In this document: one piece after another, positions 29,401 through 37,637 of the stretch | How positions within the stretch are numbered: the first letter of the stretch is position 1 | Layout: each line of letters opens with the position of its first letter | From: Candidatus Kaiserbacteria bacterium | GTDB taxonomy: Bacteria > Patescibacteriota > Minisyncoccia > Phycocordibacterales > Phycocordibacteraceae | Assembly: GCA_963699165.1 (NCBI GenBank) | Contig: OY969413.1 | Location: forward strand, 788,562-852,561 | Direction of reading: 5' to 3' | DNA: 64,000 nucleotides | The notes under the pieces: generated by a model | Told to the model about the DNA's origin: nothing | Seen by the model: the letters and a program-made list of their open reading frames with translations, nothing else | Database searches by the model: none | Translations under genes and position numbers: made by a program

Positions 29401-29805
29401 TTTCGCGCCGACACCGAGATAAAAAGAATAGCGACGAGCATTGGAATACTTTGCGACGATCTTGTTCTTTTCGTTGAGATCGAGCGAAATGGTGAGGTAC
29501 GAGAGGCGATAGTTCTCAGATTCGTTGTTTTTGAAAATTACAAGTGCCTTGTCGTAGCCGAAAGTGGCGAGGATTTTGAACGCATCGGTCGCAATGGAAA
29601 CACGCGGGTCTGTCTCCTTTGCATGGGTCATTTCGAGTACGTAGGTATTGAGCGAGGGGGCGTGGCCGAGCTCGCGCGCTTTCGTGATTATCTTACATCG
29701 CGATAGATCAGCGATGTCTTTTTCTTTCTCAACATAATCCTCAGGCAGAAAATCTTGAAGAAATGCCGAAAATGCATCGGGGTTGTATTTTTGGTCAAAC
29801 TTCAT
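26413..29805 (-). CDS. MmeI/PglX/Eco57I-superfamily gamma-class N6-adenine DNA methyltransferase with a C-terminal TaqI/Eco57I-type target-recognition domain
   Basis: 1130 aa. AdoMet motif I VLDPACGSGAFP and catalytic motif IV IANPPYIS. Helical-domain motifs RLVFCWF and PFLNGGLFQD parallel MmeI RLLFCLFAED / PYINGKLFE. C-terminal YGIKTGLNEAFVIDGDT is TaqI_C-like. Low GC. Confidence 0.85.
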   Translation of the reverse strand: MKFDQKYNPDAFSAFLQDFLPEDYVEKEKDIADLSRCKIITKARELGHAPSLNTYVLEMTHAKETDPRVSIATDAFKILATFGYDKALVIFKNNESENYRLSYLTISLDLNEKNKIVAKYSNARRYSFYLGVGAKTKTPEQQLVKHGRVKDTDDLLSRFSLEVVSKEFYTRIAEQYSKLVGGVRGEGRRAVSFQRTLALGAQSDDVYANFAIRLIGRLVFCWFLKQKKSNEGIPLIPSDLLSVDAVTRTGDYYHSLCVPLFFEVLNKPHNSRPSFFRHSDLFEMVPFLNGGLFQDHAEDNHKFNRTTGMSDRRGSVVVPDEWFAGLFGIFEEYNFTIDENTSIDTELSIDPEMLGRIFENLLAEVNPETGDSARSATGSFYTPREIVDFMVEEAIVSHLVTKTGFSEEKIRALSTYDVEDDLQYPIPENERRTIVEAIHGTAVLDPACGSGAFPIGVLQHLVRMLGILDPDCSIYLSKLPVEVRRQLQEHNLPYVRKLGVIRECIHGVDIQPVATDISRLRCFLTLVVDQRVDDSAPNRGIDPLPNLDFKFVCADTLTKPPVHEGPLFGDTFAVELGELIDEYFAPVDQLHKLEVGRKLQQLITDRTKKELESILRSFSVVKDEKHRKLLAEKNEDEHEERLRINNLWGSYENIFTNKPVGFFDTRYFFPAVERKGGFDIVIANPPYISIEKFARTVKQAEWRKSYKTFAARGDIYCLFYERGLNLLRTGGVLSFISSNKFQRAGYGRNLRQLLSSYRIHDLIDFCELPVFEASTDPMIVVVEKSKAQEADEITALVVKNESDIAWLRQVITKQKSIYSPSQLKEEGWSLEGSSGLELIEKLKSVGTPLEDYVKDRFYYGIKTGLNEAFVIDGDTRQKLVCEDSKSAELIKPWIRGRDIKRWTHEYHQFYVIIVPFGFNTELAKYPAVLNHLNRFEDLLKARGQCKTSRRGGGEGQHHWLELDNNPSKSYIAAFNEPKIVFNETSKRLHAYLDTEGNAINKTGFIILTPDALYVLAILNSTVMDWFYRSTFPSWGDPWSAGRVQFRGDRMAKVPIPTANPADKGRLTDLADRATKAAAAGDMGAVTQIEHEIDEIVYKLFDLNEKEIAQIEFSLTNTRESELKKSGVNFY

Positions 29806-32800
29806 GCGGCTATCAATTCTTCGGACAGCACTATTAACTTTCCTGCATCGTTCGCGCGATCAGCGGTTTCAAAAATGCTCTCAAGATACTTTTGGGGCAC
29901 GAGTTCCTTGAGCGCGATGAATGCCTTACCGAGATTATCTTTTTCCATTCGCAAGTCGCCAATTTCTTTGAGCACGCCGTACGGAAGGCCGTCGAGATCT
30001 TTGATGGTCTTGATGATATCATCGCATAAATCTTTCGCGGGCGAATGATTTTCGGATAGGAACTTGAGATTTTTAAGCGCATCCTGCTTGCGGCGGCCGG
30101 TAATCGGTGGTTTGGTATTGTCCTTAAATATGTGTTCTTTGGCGATTTTGTATATTGGCTCGAAGTTTACCGTCGTTTCTAACGCTTTCTCCCCTTCAGT
30201 GATGTCATTGAAGAGAGGGAGCGCGATTTCCGGTGCAACGATTTGCACGGTCTCCGGTGTTTTACCGAACGCAAAAACAAAGTTGCCGCTCCTTTTTGCG
30301 AGCGCAACAACACCCGGGATGGCAAACTTACGAGCAATACGAGCCCGGTGCGGAATGGAGGCAATCTGCTTCCTGATTTCGGGATCGTGCCGGAAACGCA
30401 TCCACTCGTCCCGATATTTCGCATCCCACGACAAACTCTCGCTCTTATTCTTTTCTTCCTGATACTGCTTGGCAAAGTAGTTTTTGAGGTCTTCGTCTTT
30501 GGTGAAGATTTTGGTGTCCTCACCTAGCAAAGAATGGATCAAGTCCATTTTCAGCGTCGAAATAGCCCGCGTGTGGGTTTCCACTTCCCCGGTTGTCGTT
30601 GGGAAGAAGTTGAAAATATATAACTCATCAAATACCTTTTTGTTGATACGGTTGATGCGACCGACGCGTTGAATTACACGCGTCGGGTTATATGGAATAT
30701 CGTAGTTTATAACCGCCCCAGCACGGTGAAGGTTAAACCCTTCGGAGATGGCGTCGGTGGCAATGATGATGTCATAGTCGTCGGATTGCTTCGCCTTTTC
30801 AAGGCCGGCATCAAAGTTCTTTTGGATGATCTCCTTGTTGCTTTTCGACGAGTCCTCCGAACTGTATTTATAGACACGCTTGATGCCCTCGGCAGCAAGC
30901 TTGTCGGAGACGTAGTTTGCCGTATCAGTAAACTCGGTGAAGACGATAATTTTGCGTTTCGGTTCGTTCTTGATGGACCGCGTGATTTTTTCTTTGAAAA
31001 AATCATACTTTGGGTCGGTTTCTACCTTGAGCCACTTTTCCTGTACCTTTTCCAGGAGCGTAATGTCCTTCTCAAGTGCGGCACGAAATTGCGGTTGCAT
31101 TTCAGAGACTGGGATTTCGATGAGCCCTTTATCTTTGAGTCGCCCGAACAGCTCCTCGATCTCTTCGGCAGTCTTTTCTTCCAGTTCTTCAGTTGTCGGA
31201 AGTGCGCCCTTTTTAAAAATCGGAACAACGCCTTTATTATCGTACCAGTCGAGCATCGTCTCCGACGAAGCGATCATGTTTTTAAGCGAAGCACGGAACG
31301 AGCCGATAGAGCTTTCAAACCGGCGCACGAGCAAACGTCGCATGAACTTGGCGACGTTTGCCTGTGCTTGCGTGATCCGTTGGATTTTCTCTTCAGCTGA
31401 GATGTCACTTTCTTCGTCTTCTTCAGCTTCTATAAGTTCTTTGATGAACTTTGATCCGGTTTTGATGTAGCTTGCAGGCTTGTAGCGCACACCCTCGAAA
31501 CTCTCCGATTTATCGGAGGACGATATTTGCTCAAGCGTCTCAATGTAGAGAGGAGTGAGTTCGCCGAGGTCGTACTCAAGGATTTCCGGGTCGCGTACTT
31601 CCGCGAACGCAACACCCTGTTTCTCAAGGTCTAGGCGATAGTCCTCGATTTCTTTGAGATCAAGGCGAGAGCGACGAATAACAAGTGGCTCTATCATTTT
31701 CCGCAGTTCTGCGGCGATGGCGTGAAGTTCTGTTTGAACCTCTGATATTCCTTCAAGCCCGTTTTGCTTGGATGATTTCCGTATCTCACGGCGTATGTTT
31801 TTGTAGCGCTTGAAGAGTTCATGGAATGAGATGCTCAGGTTTTCGACGGTCTTGATAGTCGACTGACCAGGCGTGCTGAAAAGCTTAATGAGCGCGTAAA
31901 TGTCTTTTGGGTCATTGTTGAATGGGGTTGCCGAGAGCGCCATGACGGAATTGCCCGCACAGAGTCGGTGGAGCACTTTATAGTTGTCAGTATCTTCATT
32001 GCGGTGCTTATGAGCTTCGTCGAGAACAATGAGTACGTTTTTGTCGTTGCCATGTCGCTCTAAGGCTTTTTCGATTTCTCCAGTGGTATACACGAAGCCG
32101 TTGAAGTTGAAGCCCGAACGATAGTCATCCCACTGCGCCTTTAGATGCGGGGGCGCAATGATAATTGTCTTTCGGTCGAGATTGTGCGCGATGGTAGAAG
32201 CAATGATACTTTTGCCAAGACCGACGACATCAGCGATGATGACTCCACCGAAACGCTTGATGCGGTCTATACCAAGATTTACAGCATCTTTTTGGTACTT
32301 AAGATCGATGAACTTGCCGTCGGTGATCTGCTGCGGCGTCTTCATGCCATCTATCTCCTCGACGGAAAAATACTCGTCGAGAACGCGGTAATACATCAAC
32401 TTCGGGTCAGGCAACTGATAGAGCCAAATACGTTTTTTGACTTCAGCGATGAACTCGTCCGAGATGTTGATGTCGGTGATGGTTATATTACTCGGGTCAT
32501 TCCACGCAGCCTCAAATTCTCCAAAATGCTGTTCGTAGTAGTGCTTTTCAGAAAGTACGAGATTGTGTTCCCTTTGTCCCTTGAGACCGGAGTAGGTGAG
32601 ATTACTTGAGCCCACAAAGACCATGCCCGGTTTTTCACCATTCTCAGAGTACTCTGGTTTATGGTGGAGGATATAAAACTTGGCGTGGTTTGCCTCGGCA
32701 GTCTTCCTTATTAGTAAGCTGCCGTCTTTTATTTTGCTCAAGAAAATCTCAAAGGCTCTTTGCGACTCTTCATTATCGAAGTAGTCAGTATCGTTGAAGA

Positions 32801-33098
32801 TTTTTGAAAAACTCTCGATATACTCATTGCGCGCACTTGAACGAGTAGAGATTTTTGTACCCACCGCATGGTCGTCAAGGTCAAGGCCGTCAAATGATGA
32901 GATTTTTTCGATAATTTTCTTATCGATATCCATTCCGACGAGGATACGAATTGTTTTATCTTTCAGCTCTTCGTGTAAATCGCGAAAACCAGAAAAATAG
33001 AAATAGCCGACGAGAGCATCAATCCGGTCACTTTTGGGCAAAATCTCCTTGAGTTTTGAGGAAAGTGTGTTCTCGCCAACGTTGGTAATTGAGGGCAT
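29802..33098 (-). CDS. phospholipase-D-family nuclease domain fused to an SNF2/Rad54-family (SF2) DNA translocase ATPase
   Basis: 1098 aa. N-terminal PLD HxK motif NHAKFYILHH...VGSSNLT. Walker A GLGKS, DEAH box LDEAHKHRN, motif III LSATPF, helicase-C IIATDAISEGFNL and motif VI QRVGRINR. It overlaps the methyltransferase gene by 4 bp (ATGA). Confidence 0.85.
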   Translation of the reverse strand: MPSITNVGENTLSSKLKEILPKSDRIDALVGYFYFSGFRDLHEELKDKTIRILVGMDIDKKIIEKISSFDGLDLDDHAVGTKISTRSSARNEYIESFSKIFNDTDYFDNEESQRAFEIFLSKIKDGSLLIRKTAEANHAKFYILHHKPEYSENGEKPGMVFVGSSNLTYSGLKGQREHNLVLSEKHYYEQHFGEFEAAWNDPSNITITDINISDEFIAEVKKRIWLYQLPDPKLMYYRVLDEYFSVEEIDGMKTPQQITDGKFIDLKYQKDAVNLGIDRIKRFGGVIIADVVGLGKSIIASTIAHNLDRKTIIIAPPHLKAQWDDYRSGFNFNGFVYTTGEIEKALERHGNDKNVLIVLDEAHKHRNEDTDNYKVLHRLCAGNSVMALSATPFNNDPKDIYALIKLFSTPGQSTIKTVENLSISFHELFKRYKNIRREIRKSSKQNGLEGISEVQTELHAIAAELRKMIEPLVIRRSRLDLKEIEDYRLDLEKQGVAFAEVRDPEILEYDLGELTPLYIETLEQISSSDKSESFEGVRYKPASYIKTGSKFIKELIEAEEDEESDISAEEKIQRITQAQANVAKFMRRLLVRRFESSIGSFRASLKNMIASSETMLDWYDNKGVVPIFKKGALPTTEELEEKTAEEIEELFGRLKDKGLIEIPVSEMQPQFRAALEKDITLLEKVQEKWLKVETDPKYDFFKEKITRSIKNEPKRKIIVFTEFTDTANYVSDKLAAEGIKRVYKYSSEDSSKSNKEIIQKNFDAGLEKAKQSDDYDIIIATDAISEGFNLHRAGAVINYDIPYNPTRVIQRVGRINRINKKVFDELYIFNFFPTTTGEVETHTRAISTLKMDLIHSLLGEDTKIFTKDEDLKNYFAKQYQEEKNKSESLSWDAKYRDEWMRFRHDPEIRKQIASIPHRARIARKFAIPGVVALAKRSGNFVFAFGKTPETVQIVAPEIALPLFNDITEGEKALETTVNFEPIYKIAKEHIFKDNTKPPITGRRKQDALKNLKFLSENHSPAKDLCDDIIKTIKDLDGLPYGVLKEIGDLRMEKDNLGKAFIALKELVPQKYLESIFETADRANDAGKLIVLSEELIAA

Positions 33099-33198
33099 AG
33101 ATAAAATCTAGCATTTTTGCAGACATTTTGGAGCATCTGGTTACCAACTCCGAGGCCTCTCGGACGCTCTGGACTCCTGGGGGGAGACGCGTCATCCC

Positions 33199-34539
33199 TT
33201 GTGTTGTATGCAAACCATAACCGTGCCGGTGGGGCTTCCGGCCAAGCCAATACAAGCCCCCGTACGGGTCAGGTACTGCCTGTACGCCCGCAAGAGTACC
33301 GAAAGCGAGGAACGCCAAGTCCTCTCCATAGACAGCCAGATCAAGGAGATGCTCCAGCTGGCAGAGCGGGAGGGGCTGGAGATCGTGGAGCTCAAACGCG
33401 AGAGCCACTCTGCGAAAGAGACCGGCCAGCGACCGATTTTCAACGAGATCGTCGAGGAGCTCAAGGCGGGTAAATTCAACGGCATCCTCACGTGGGCACC
33501 GGATCGTATCAGCAGAAATGCCGGTGACCTCGGCAAGATCGTAGATCTCATGGACGCAGGTGTGCTGCAAGAGATACACACGTACAGCCAGAGCTTCAGG
33601 AACAATCCGAACGAGAAGTTCCTTCTCATGATATTGGGGAGCCAGGCGAAACTTGAGAATGATAACCGAGGTGTGAATGTGCGGCGCGGACTAAGAACGC
33701 GCTGCGAAATGGGTTTGCGTCCCGGCGTTGCGCCGACCGGCTATATCAACGAGTACACGAAGGAGCAGAATGCCGCGAAGCGCTGCCACGCCGTCATCGA
33801 CCCCGTGCGCGGCCCCATCATCAAGAAGATGTTCGAGAAGGTAGCAAACGAGAAATGGAGCGGTCGCAAGCTCCATCACTGGCTCAAATTCGATATCAAC
33901 TTTAAGTCCAAGGGCAACAAGAACCTCTCCCTCGGCAACATCTACGTCATCCTCCAAAATCATTTCTACTACGGCACCTTCGAGTACCCGGAGAAGAGCG
34001 GCAACTGGTACCACGGCAAGCATGAGCCGCTTATCTCGAAGGAGCTTTTCGACGCCGTCCAGGTGCACCTGAAGCGCGATCAGATCGTGCGCTCGGAGAT
34101 AAAAGAATTCGCCTTCACGAAGCTCATGGTCTGCGGCTCCTGCGGCTCGGGCATCTGCGCCGATGAGAAGTTCAAGCGCCTCAAAGACGGCACCTCAGCC
34201 CGCTATGTCTACTATGGCTGTACCCGCCACAAGGACAAGAGCTGCAAGAACGGCTATGTACGCGAGGAGGCCTTAATCGAGCAGATGGTGAAGGTGATGG
34301 ACGACGTGGACTTCAACAAGATAGCTATGCGGGAGAAGTTCGAGGAGGAGATGGAGCGGCTCAAGAAGTTCCAGCGCATGTTCGCCAGCGGAGACTCTGC
34401 ACCAAAGAAAGACATTGATCTCTGCGACTATGCGAAGTATCTTCTTCGCAACGGCAGTCTCACAGAGAAGCGCGAGCTACTGCTCTGTATCAAGAGCAAG
34501 TTGGTGCTGAAGAAAGGGGTGTTAGGACTGGAGAAATAG
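33199..34539 (+). CDS. large serine recombinase (resolvase/invertase N-domain, recombinase domain, zinc ribbon)
   Basis: Catalytic region VRYCLYARKSTESEERQ...SIDSQ, recombinase domain and CGSCGS...C..C zinc ribbon. 446 aa. Confidence 0.85.
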   Translation: MCCMQTITVPVGLPAKPIQAPVRVRYCLYARKSTESEERQVLSIDSQIKEMLQLAEREGLEIVELKRESHSAKETGQRPIFNEIVEELKAGKFNGILTWAPDRISRNAGDLGKIVDLMDAGVLQEIHTYSQSFRNNPNEKFLLMILGSQAKLENDNRGVNVRRGLRTRCEMGLRPGVAPTGYINEYTKEQNAAKRCHAVIDPVRGPIIKKMFEKVANEKWSGRKLHHWLKFDINFKSKGNKNLSLGNIYVILQNHFYYGTFEYPEKSGNWYHGKHEPLISKELFDAVQVHLKRDQIVRSEIKEFAFTKLMVCGSCGSGICADEKFKRLKDGTSARYVYYGCTRHKDKSCKNGYVREEALIEQMVKVMDDVDFNKIAMREKFEEEMERLKKFQRMFASGDSAPKKDIDLCDYAKYLLRNGSLTEKRELLLCIKSKLVLKKGVLGLEK

Positions 34540-34712
34540 CTAACCGTGCTTGCCGTGCTTTTTCTTGGCGGCAACCCATTCGACTTTGTTCGGATGCTTC
34601 GTGGCATACGCACGCGACGTGATCCGACCAGTGTCGACTTGGTGCGGTTGGTATTTCGCCCAGTTGTGATGTCTCGGGTCTTTACCCATATAGAAATTTT
34701 ATCATGCAAGCT

Positions 34713-35150
34713 CTAAATGGGCTGCTTGATTTTTGCGTATTCTATTTTGCAACCGACGATTCCGAAGGCCTCGTGGCAATTCACTACTGGCGACATCCAA
34801 CCCGGAACTTTTGGTAAGGTGCCGAAGTCAAGTGCGGTTTCCTGAGTGCCAGAAAACACCACCAACTCCCGATCAACGACCGGCGATTGCTCTGCAAGTT
34901 TGAAGCCGTTCTTTCGCAAGAAATCAGCCACCACCTGTCCGACCTTCTTTGGAGAGTAAATCTCGACGTACCCCTTCGGTAGCAAAACCTTAGCAAGGGC
35001 GGCTTCTGCATCAACCGGCGTCTCATAAATCTCATCCAATATGTATTCGGTTGCGTAACCAGAGCCGACACTTGAGTCTACGATTTCAGCGGCGGCTCTC
35101 CATTTGCCGTCCTCCGAGCGCTGCTGTGGTTTTGAGTAGTAGAAAAGCAT
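34713..35150 (-). CDS. hypothetical protein, third gene of the ClpP-like cassette
   Basis: 145-aa ORF. A 3-nt gap to the upstream gene suggests an operon. Confidence 0.4.
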   Translation of the reverse strand: MLFYYSKPQQRSEDGKWRAAAEIVDSSVGSGYATEYILDEIYETPVDAEAALAKVLLPKGYVEIYSPKKVGQVVADFLRKNGFKLAEQSPVVDRELVVFSGTQETALDFGTLPKVPGWMSPVVNCHEAFGIVGCKIEYAKIKQPI

Positions 35151-35152
35151 AG

Positions 35153-36490
35153 TTAATGTTGTACCAACTTCGCAGTCATCAGTCTGACGACATTCCTCAC
35201 CGATTCAAACACCAGCCCGATGGTCGCCTCATCAGCGACGATGAATCCGCGATGTGCGTATTGGCACCTGGCTTTATATAGTTTATCAAACCAAGGAAGA
35301 AGTGAGGCATCGAGGGCGTGTATTGCACCCACGATGTATTTTACATTGTCGTTAATAACGGCTTCGGGTACGAATAGGTGCTCAAGACAGCAATAAAGCA
35401 GGAGCAGTTTCGCGCCGAGATCAGAGACTTGGGTTGCAGAACTCAAAATATCTAGCGATGGTGCCACGTTAGACATACTCTCCTTGCTCCAGGGATTCTC
35501 GAGGAGATCAAAGATTAGCTTGTTATCGACAATGAATCTTTTCATCCCGCCGAATGTTCGCGTGTCGAGCCACATCGGCGAGAGGCCGCGATACCCAAAG
35601 GAGCGGAAAAGACAGCCGTCTGGGAATTTAGCCCACGGCTCTTTCCGATCCTCATGCCATGCAAAAACTCCTATGGTGCGAGCCCCAAGAAACACGGGAG
35701 TAGTGGGCGCTTCAATTTTGACATCAAAGCCGAAATCTATTTGCCCGTGGTGAACAAAGCCCGCGATTCGAAGTAAGTTCAGGAATGCACGAAGCGAGGC
35801 GGAGGCATAAAGGTACGCGTATGTCTCTGTGCCGGTAACCGTAAATCCTATGGATGGACTTGAGAAGAATTGCCGAGCGCTCGGGAGTGTGAGCTGCCGT
35901 AGATGTGGCTGTAACTCCTTGAACTTCTGCTCCAATGCATCGTCCTCAAGGTAACAAGAAAAAGGTGCTTCGAGCCCAACAAACATGTCTTCAAAGAATT
36001 CTCTGGCACCGCCCATCTCGGTTCGGAACTCAGTTATGTGAGTTATGAGGGTGCGCTCTTTAATCGAACCATCAAGTAATTCGAAATGACGATTGAGTAC
36101 ATCTTCCGCTGGTGATTCGCGCTCGCGCCAATCGAAACGGAATGCGGGCTCCTTAAGGTAGAAGAGGCCTCCGCCCGTTCGTTGAATAAACTCTTGCTCT
36201 GTGTCCGTAGCGAAAACGAGCTTGTAGTGGAACAAGATGTCAAGAATATCTAGCGGAGAAAATCTCAAACCATTCTCATGAAAGACTCGGCATTCTTCCT
36301 TGATTTCATCGAGCATTGGTTTGCGTTGAAAATATTGTTCTTTCCTCCACTTATCTTGGAGCGGCATAGCACGAGCACGACCGACTTCGCTGTCGGCGAG
36401 CCGCTCTATGCGGGAATAGGCCTCCAGTCCGATCCTTTCCTTCAGCTCTTCCACTCGTGGCATACGGGTGATTATAGACCGGCTGCCCAT
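35153..36490 (-). CDS. hypothetical protein with a C-terminal HEPN-like Rx4H motif
   Basis: 445 aa. C-terminal KARCQYAHRG (R-x4-H). No other recognisable domain. Confidence 0.45.
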   Translation of the reverse strand: MGSRSIITRMPRVEELKERIGLEAYSRIERLADSEVGRARAMPLQDKWRKEQYFQRKPMLDEIKEECRVFHENGLRFSPLDILDILFHYKLVFATDTEQEFIQRTGGGLFYLKEPAFRFDWRERESPAEDVLNRHFELLDGSIKERTLITHITEFRTEMGGAREFFEDMFVGLEAPFSCYLEDDALEQKFKELQPHLRQLTLPSARQFFSSPSIGFTVTGTETYAYLYASASLRAFLNLLRIAGFVHHGQIDFGFDVKIEAPTTPVFLGARTIGVFAWHEDRKEPWAKFPDGCLFRSFGYRGLSPMWLDTRTFGGMKRFIVDNKLIFDLLENPWSKESMSNVAPSLDILSSATQVSDLGAKLLLLYCCLEHLFVPEAVINDNVKYIVGAIHALDASLLPWFDKLYKARCQYAHRGFIVADEATIGLVFESVRNVVRLMTAKLVQH

Positions 36491-36508
36491 AAAATGCGGT
36501 CCCGACGT

Positions 36509-37156
36509 TTAGCCAGGAAGAGTTGCGAGATACTGATCCGTAATGTAGAGAACGCCTGCGGTGGGGATTTTCGGAAGCTCAATTTTGTCGAGGAAGCCAT
36601 ACTTTTGCGCGTCCGCAGCATGATAAGTTGCCGACTTTAATGCCGCATTCCGGACAGCCGCAGCTGTCAGATTTTTAGAACCCCGTGAGGCTGTTTCTTT
36701 TATGATAATCTTTTGGGTCTTCTCGTCCGTCGCGGATAGTGCAGCGTTTTGTGTTGCTAGGTCAAAGACATTGAACTGCTCGGGCAATGCCGTTCTTGGC
36801 ATCGTTGTCTGGTGCACCATAAAACTACAGTCCGGTACGCCAACTCGGTTCTGGAAGCTCAGGAAAAACGGGACGCCGGCTGAGGCAACATTTCCCATGT
36901 TATAGACGGTGGTTTTCTGAGGAATGGATTTAATAAAATTGTAGAGGCTTATCGCCGAGAATGGGCTGCCACCGATCGTCGATAGATAGACGACATATTC
37001 AGAAATGTTCTGTCCTGTCTGGGCTTGGTTGAGGATGAACCCGATGAAAACATCTTCCATTTTCTTGCTGATCAAAACACTGCACCAGATGTGCTGGACC
37101 TTGGGAGGTTGTGCTGTTTGAACTGGAGGCATGAGAGTCATTGTACGCTCATGCAA
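36509..37156 (-). CDS. ClpP/S14-family serine peptidase-like protein
   Basis: ClpP-fold motifs YLSTIGGSPFSAISLYN and GNVASAGVPF (catalytic Ser region) ... MVHQ. Confidence 0.55.
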   Translation of the reverse strand: MHERTMTLMPPVQTAQPPKVQHIWCSVLISKKMEDVFIGFILNQAQTGQNISEYVVYLSTIGGSPFSAISLYNFIKSIPQKTTVYNMGNVASAGVPFFLSFQNRVGVPDCSFMVHQTTMPRTALPEQFNVFDLATQNAALSATDEKTQKIIIKETASRGSKNLTAAAVRNAALKSATYHAADAQKYGFLDKIELPKIPTAGVLYITDQYLATLPG

Positions 37157-37238
37157 AATAAACCGAAAGATTCATTCAGTTCGAGTCCCTCCCGCCCTCC
37201 AATAGGAGAAGGTCGGTAAACACTAGCGCCCTAGACTG

Positions 37239-37325
37239 CGGAAGGGGTGAGATTCGAACTCACGGTCCCCGTTAAGAGACGGCGGATTTCAAGTCCGCTG
37301 CGTTAGACCACTCTGCCACCCTTCC
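37239..37325 (-). tRNA. tRNA-Ser (anticodon TGA), type II with a long variable arm
   Basis: Hand fold: acceptor GGAAGGG/CCCTTCC, anticodon arm GCGGA-CTTGAAA-TCCGC, variable hairpin, T-arm GTGAG-TTCGAAT-CTCAC. Close to the E. coli Ser tRNA pattern. Confidence 0.8.
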
Positions 37326-37337
37326 CTCGATTTGATT

Positions 37338-37607
37338 CTACTGTGCCTCGGGTGATTTGTGTACTGGAGCGTCTTCGGCCGGTTTTTCCTCGGGACGGAA
37401 CCAGATGAGGTAAATGATTTCAAGAAGACCGGCGGTGTTTAAAACGAGGAGGAAAACAAACCACCATTTCTGACTGCCACGGGCGGCGAACCATAGTGCG
37501 AATCCTTTCAAAACCGTGCTCCATATAATGACCGCGATGAGAAGCGGGAGAAACGCCAGAATCACCTCGGGCGCAATCGGGTTGTAGAACGGTGTGAAGT
37601 CGTGCAT
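37338..37607 (-). CDS. small membrane protein, hypothetical
   Basis: 89 aa with two TM helices. Confidence 0.45.
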   Translation of the reverse strand: MHDFTPFYNPIAPEVILAFLPLLIAVIIWSTVLKGFALWFAARGSQKWWFVFLLVLNTAGLLEIIYLIWFRPEEKPAEDAPVHKSPEAQ

Positions 37608-37637
37608 ATATGCGGATTATACCATACAATTAGTCGC

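Noticed and set aside
26413-33098. Interpreting the methyltransferase plus helicase pair as DISARM or BREX
   Set aside because: The core partners DrmA/DrmB, or BrxC/PglZ/BrxA-B, are absent from at least 10 kb on either side. Only the component domains resemble those systems, so it is reported as an atypical two-gene module instead.
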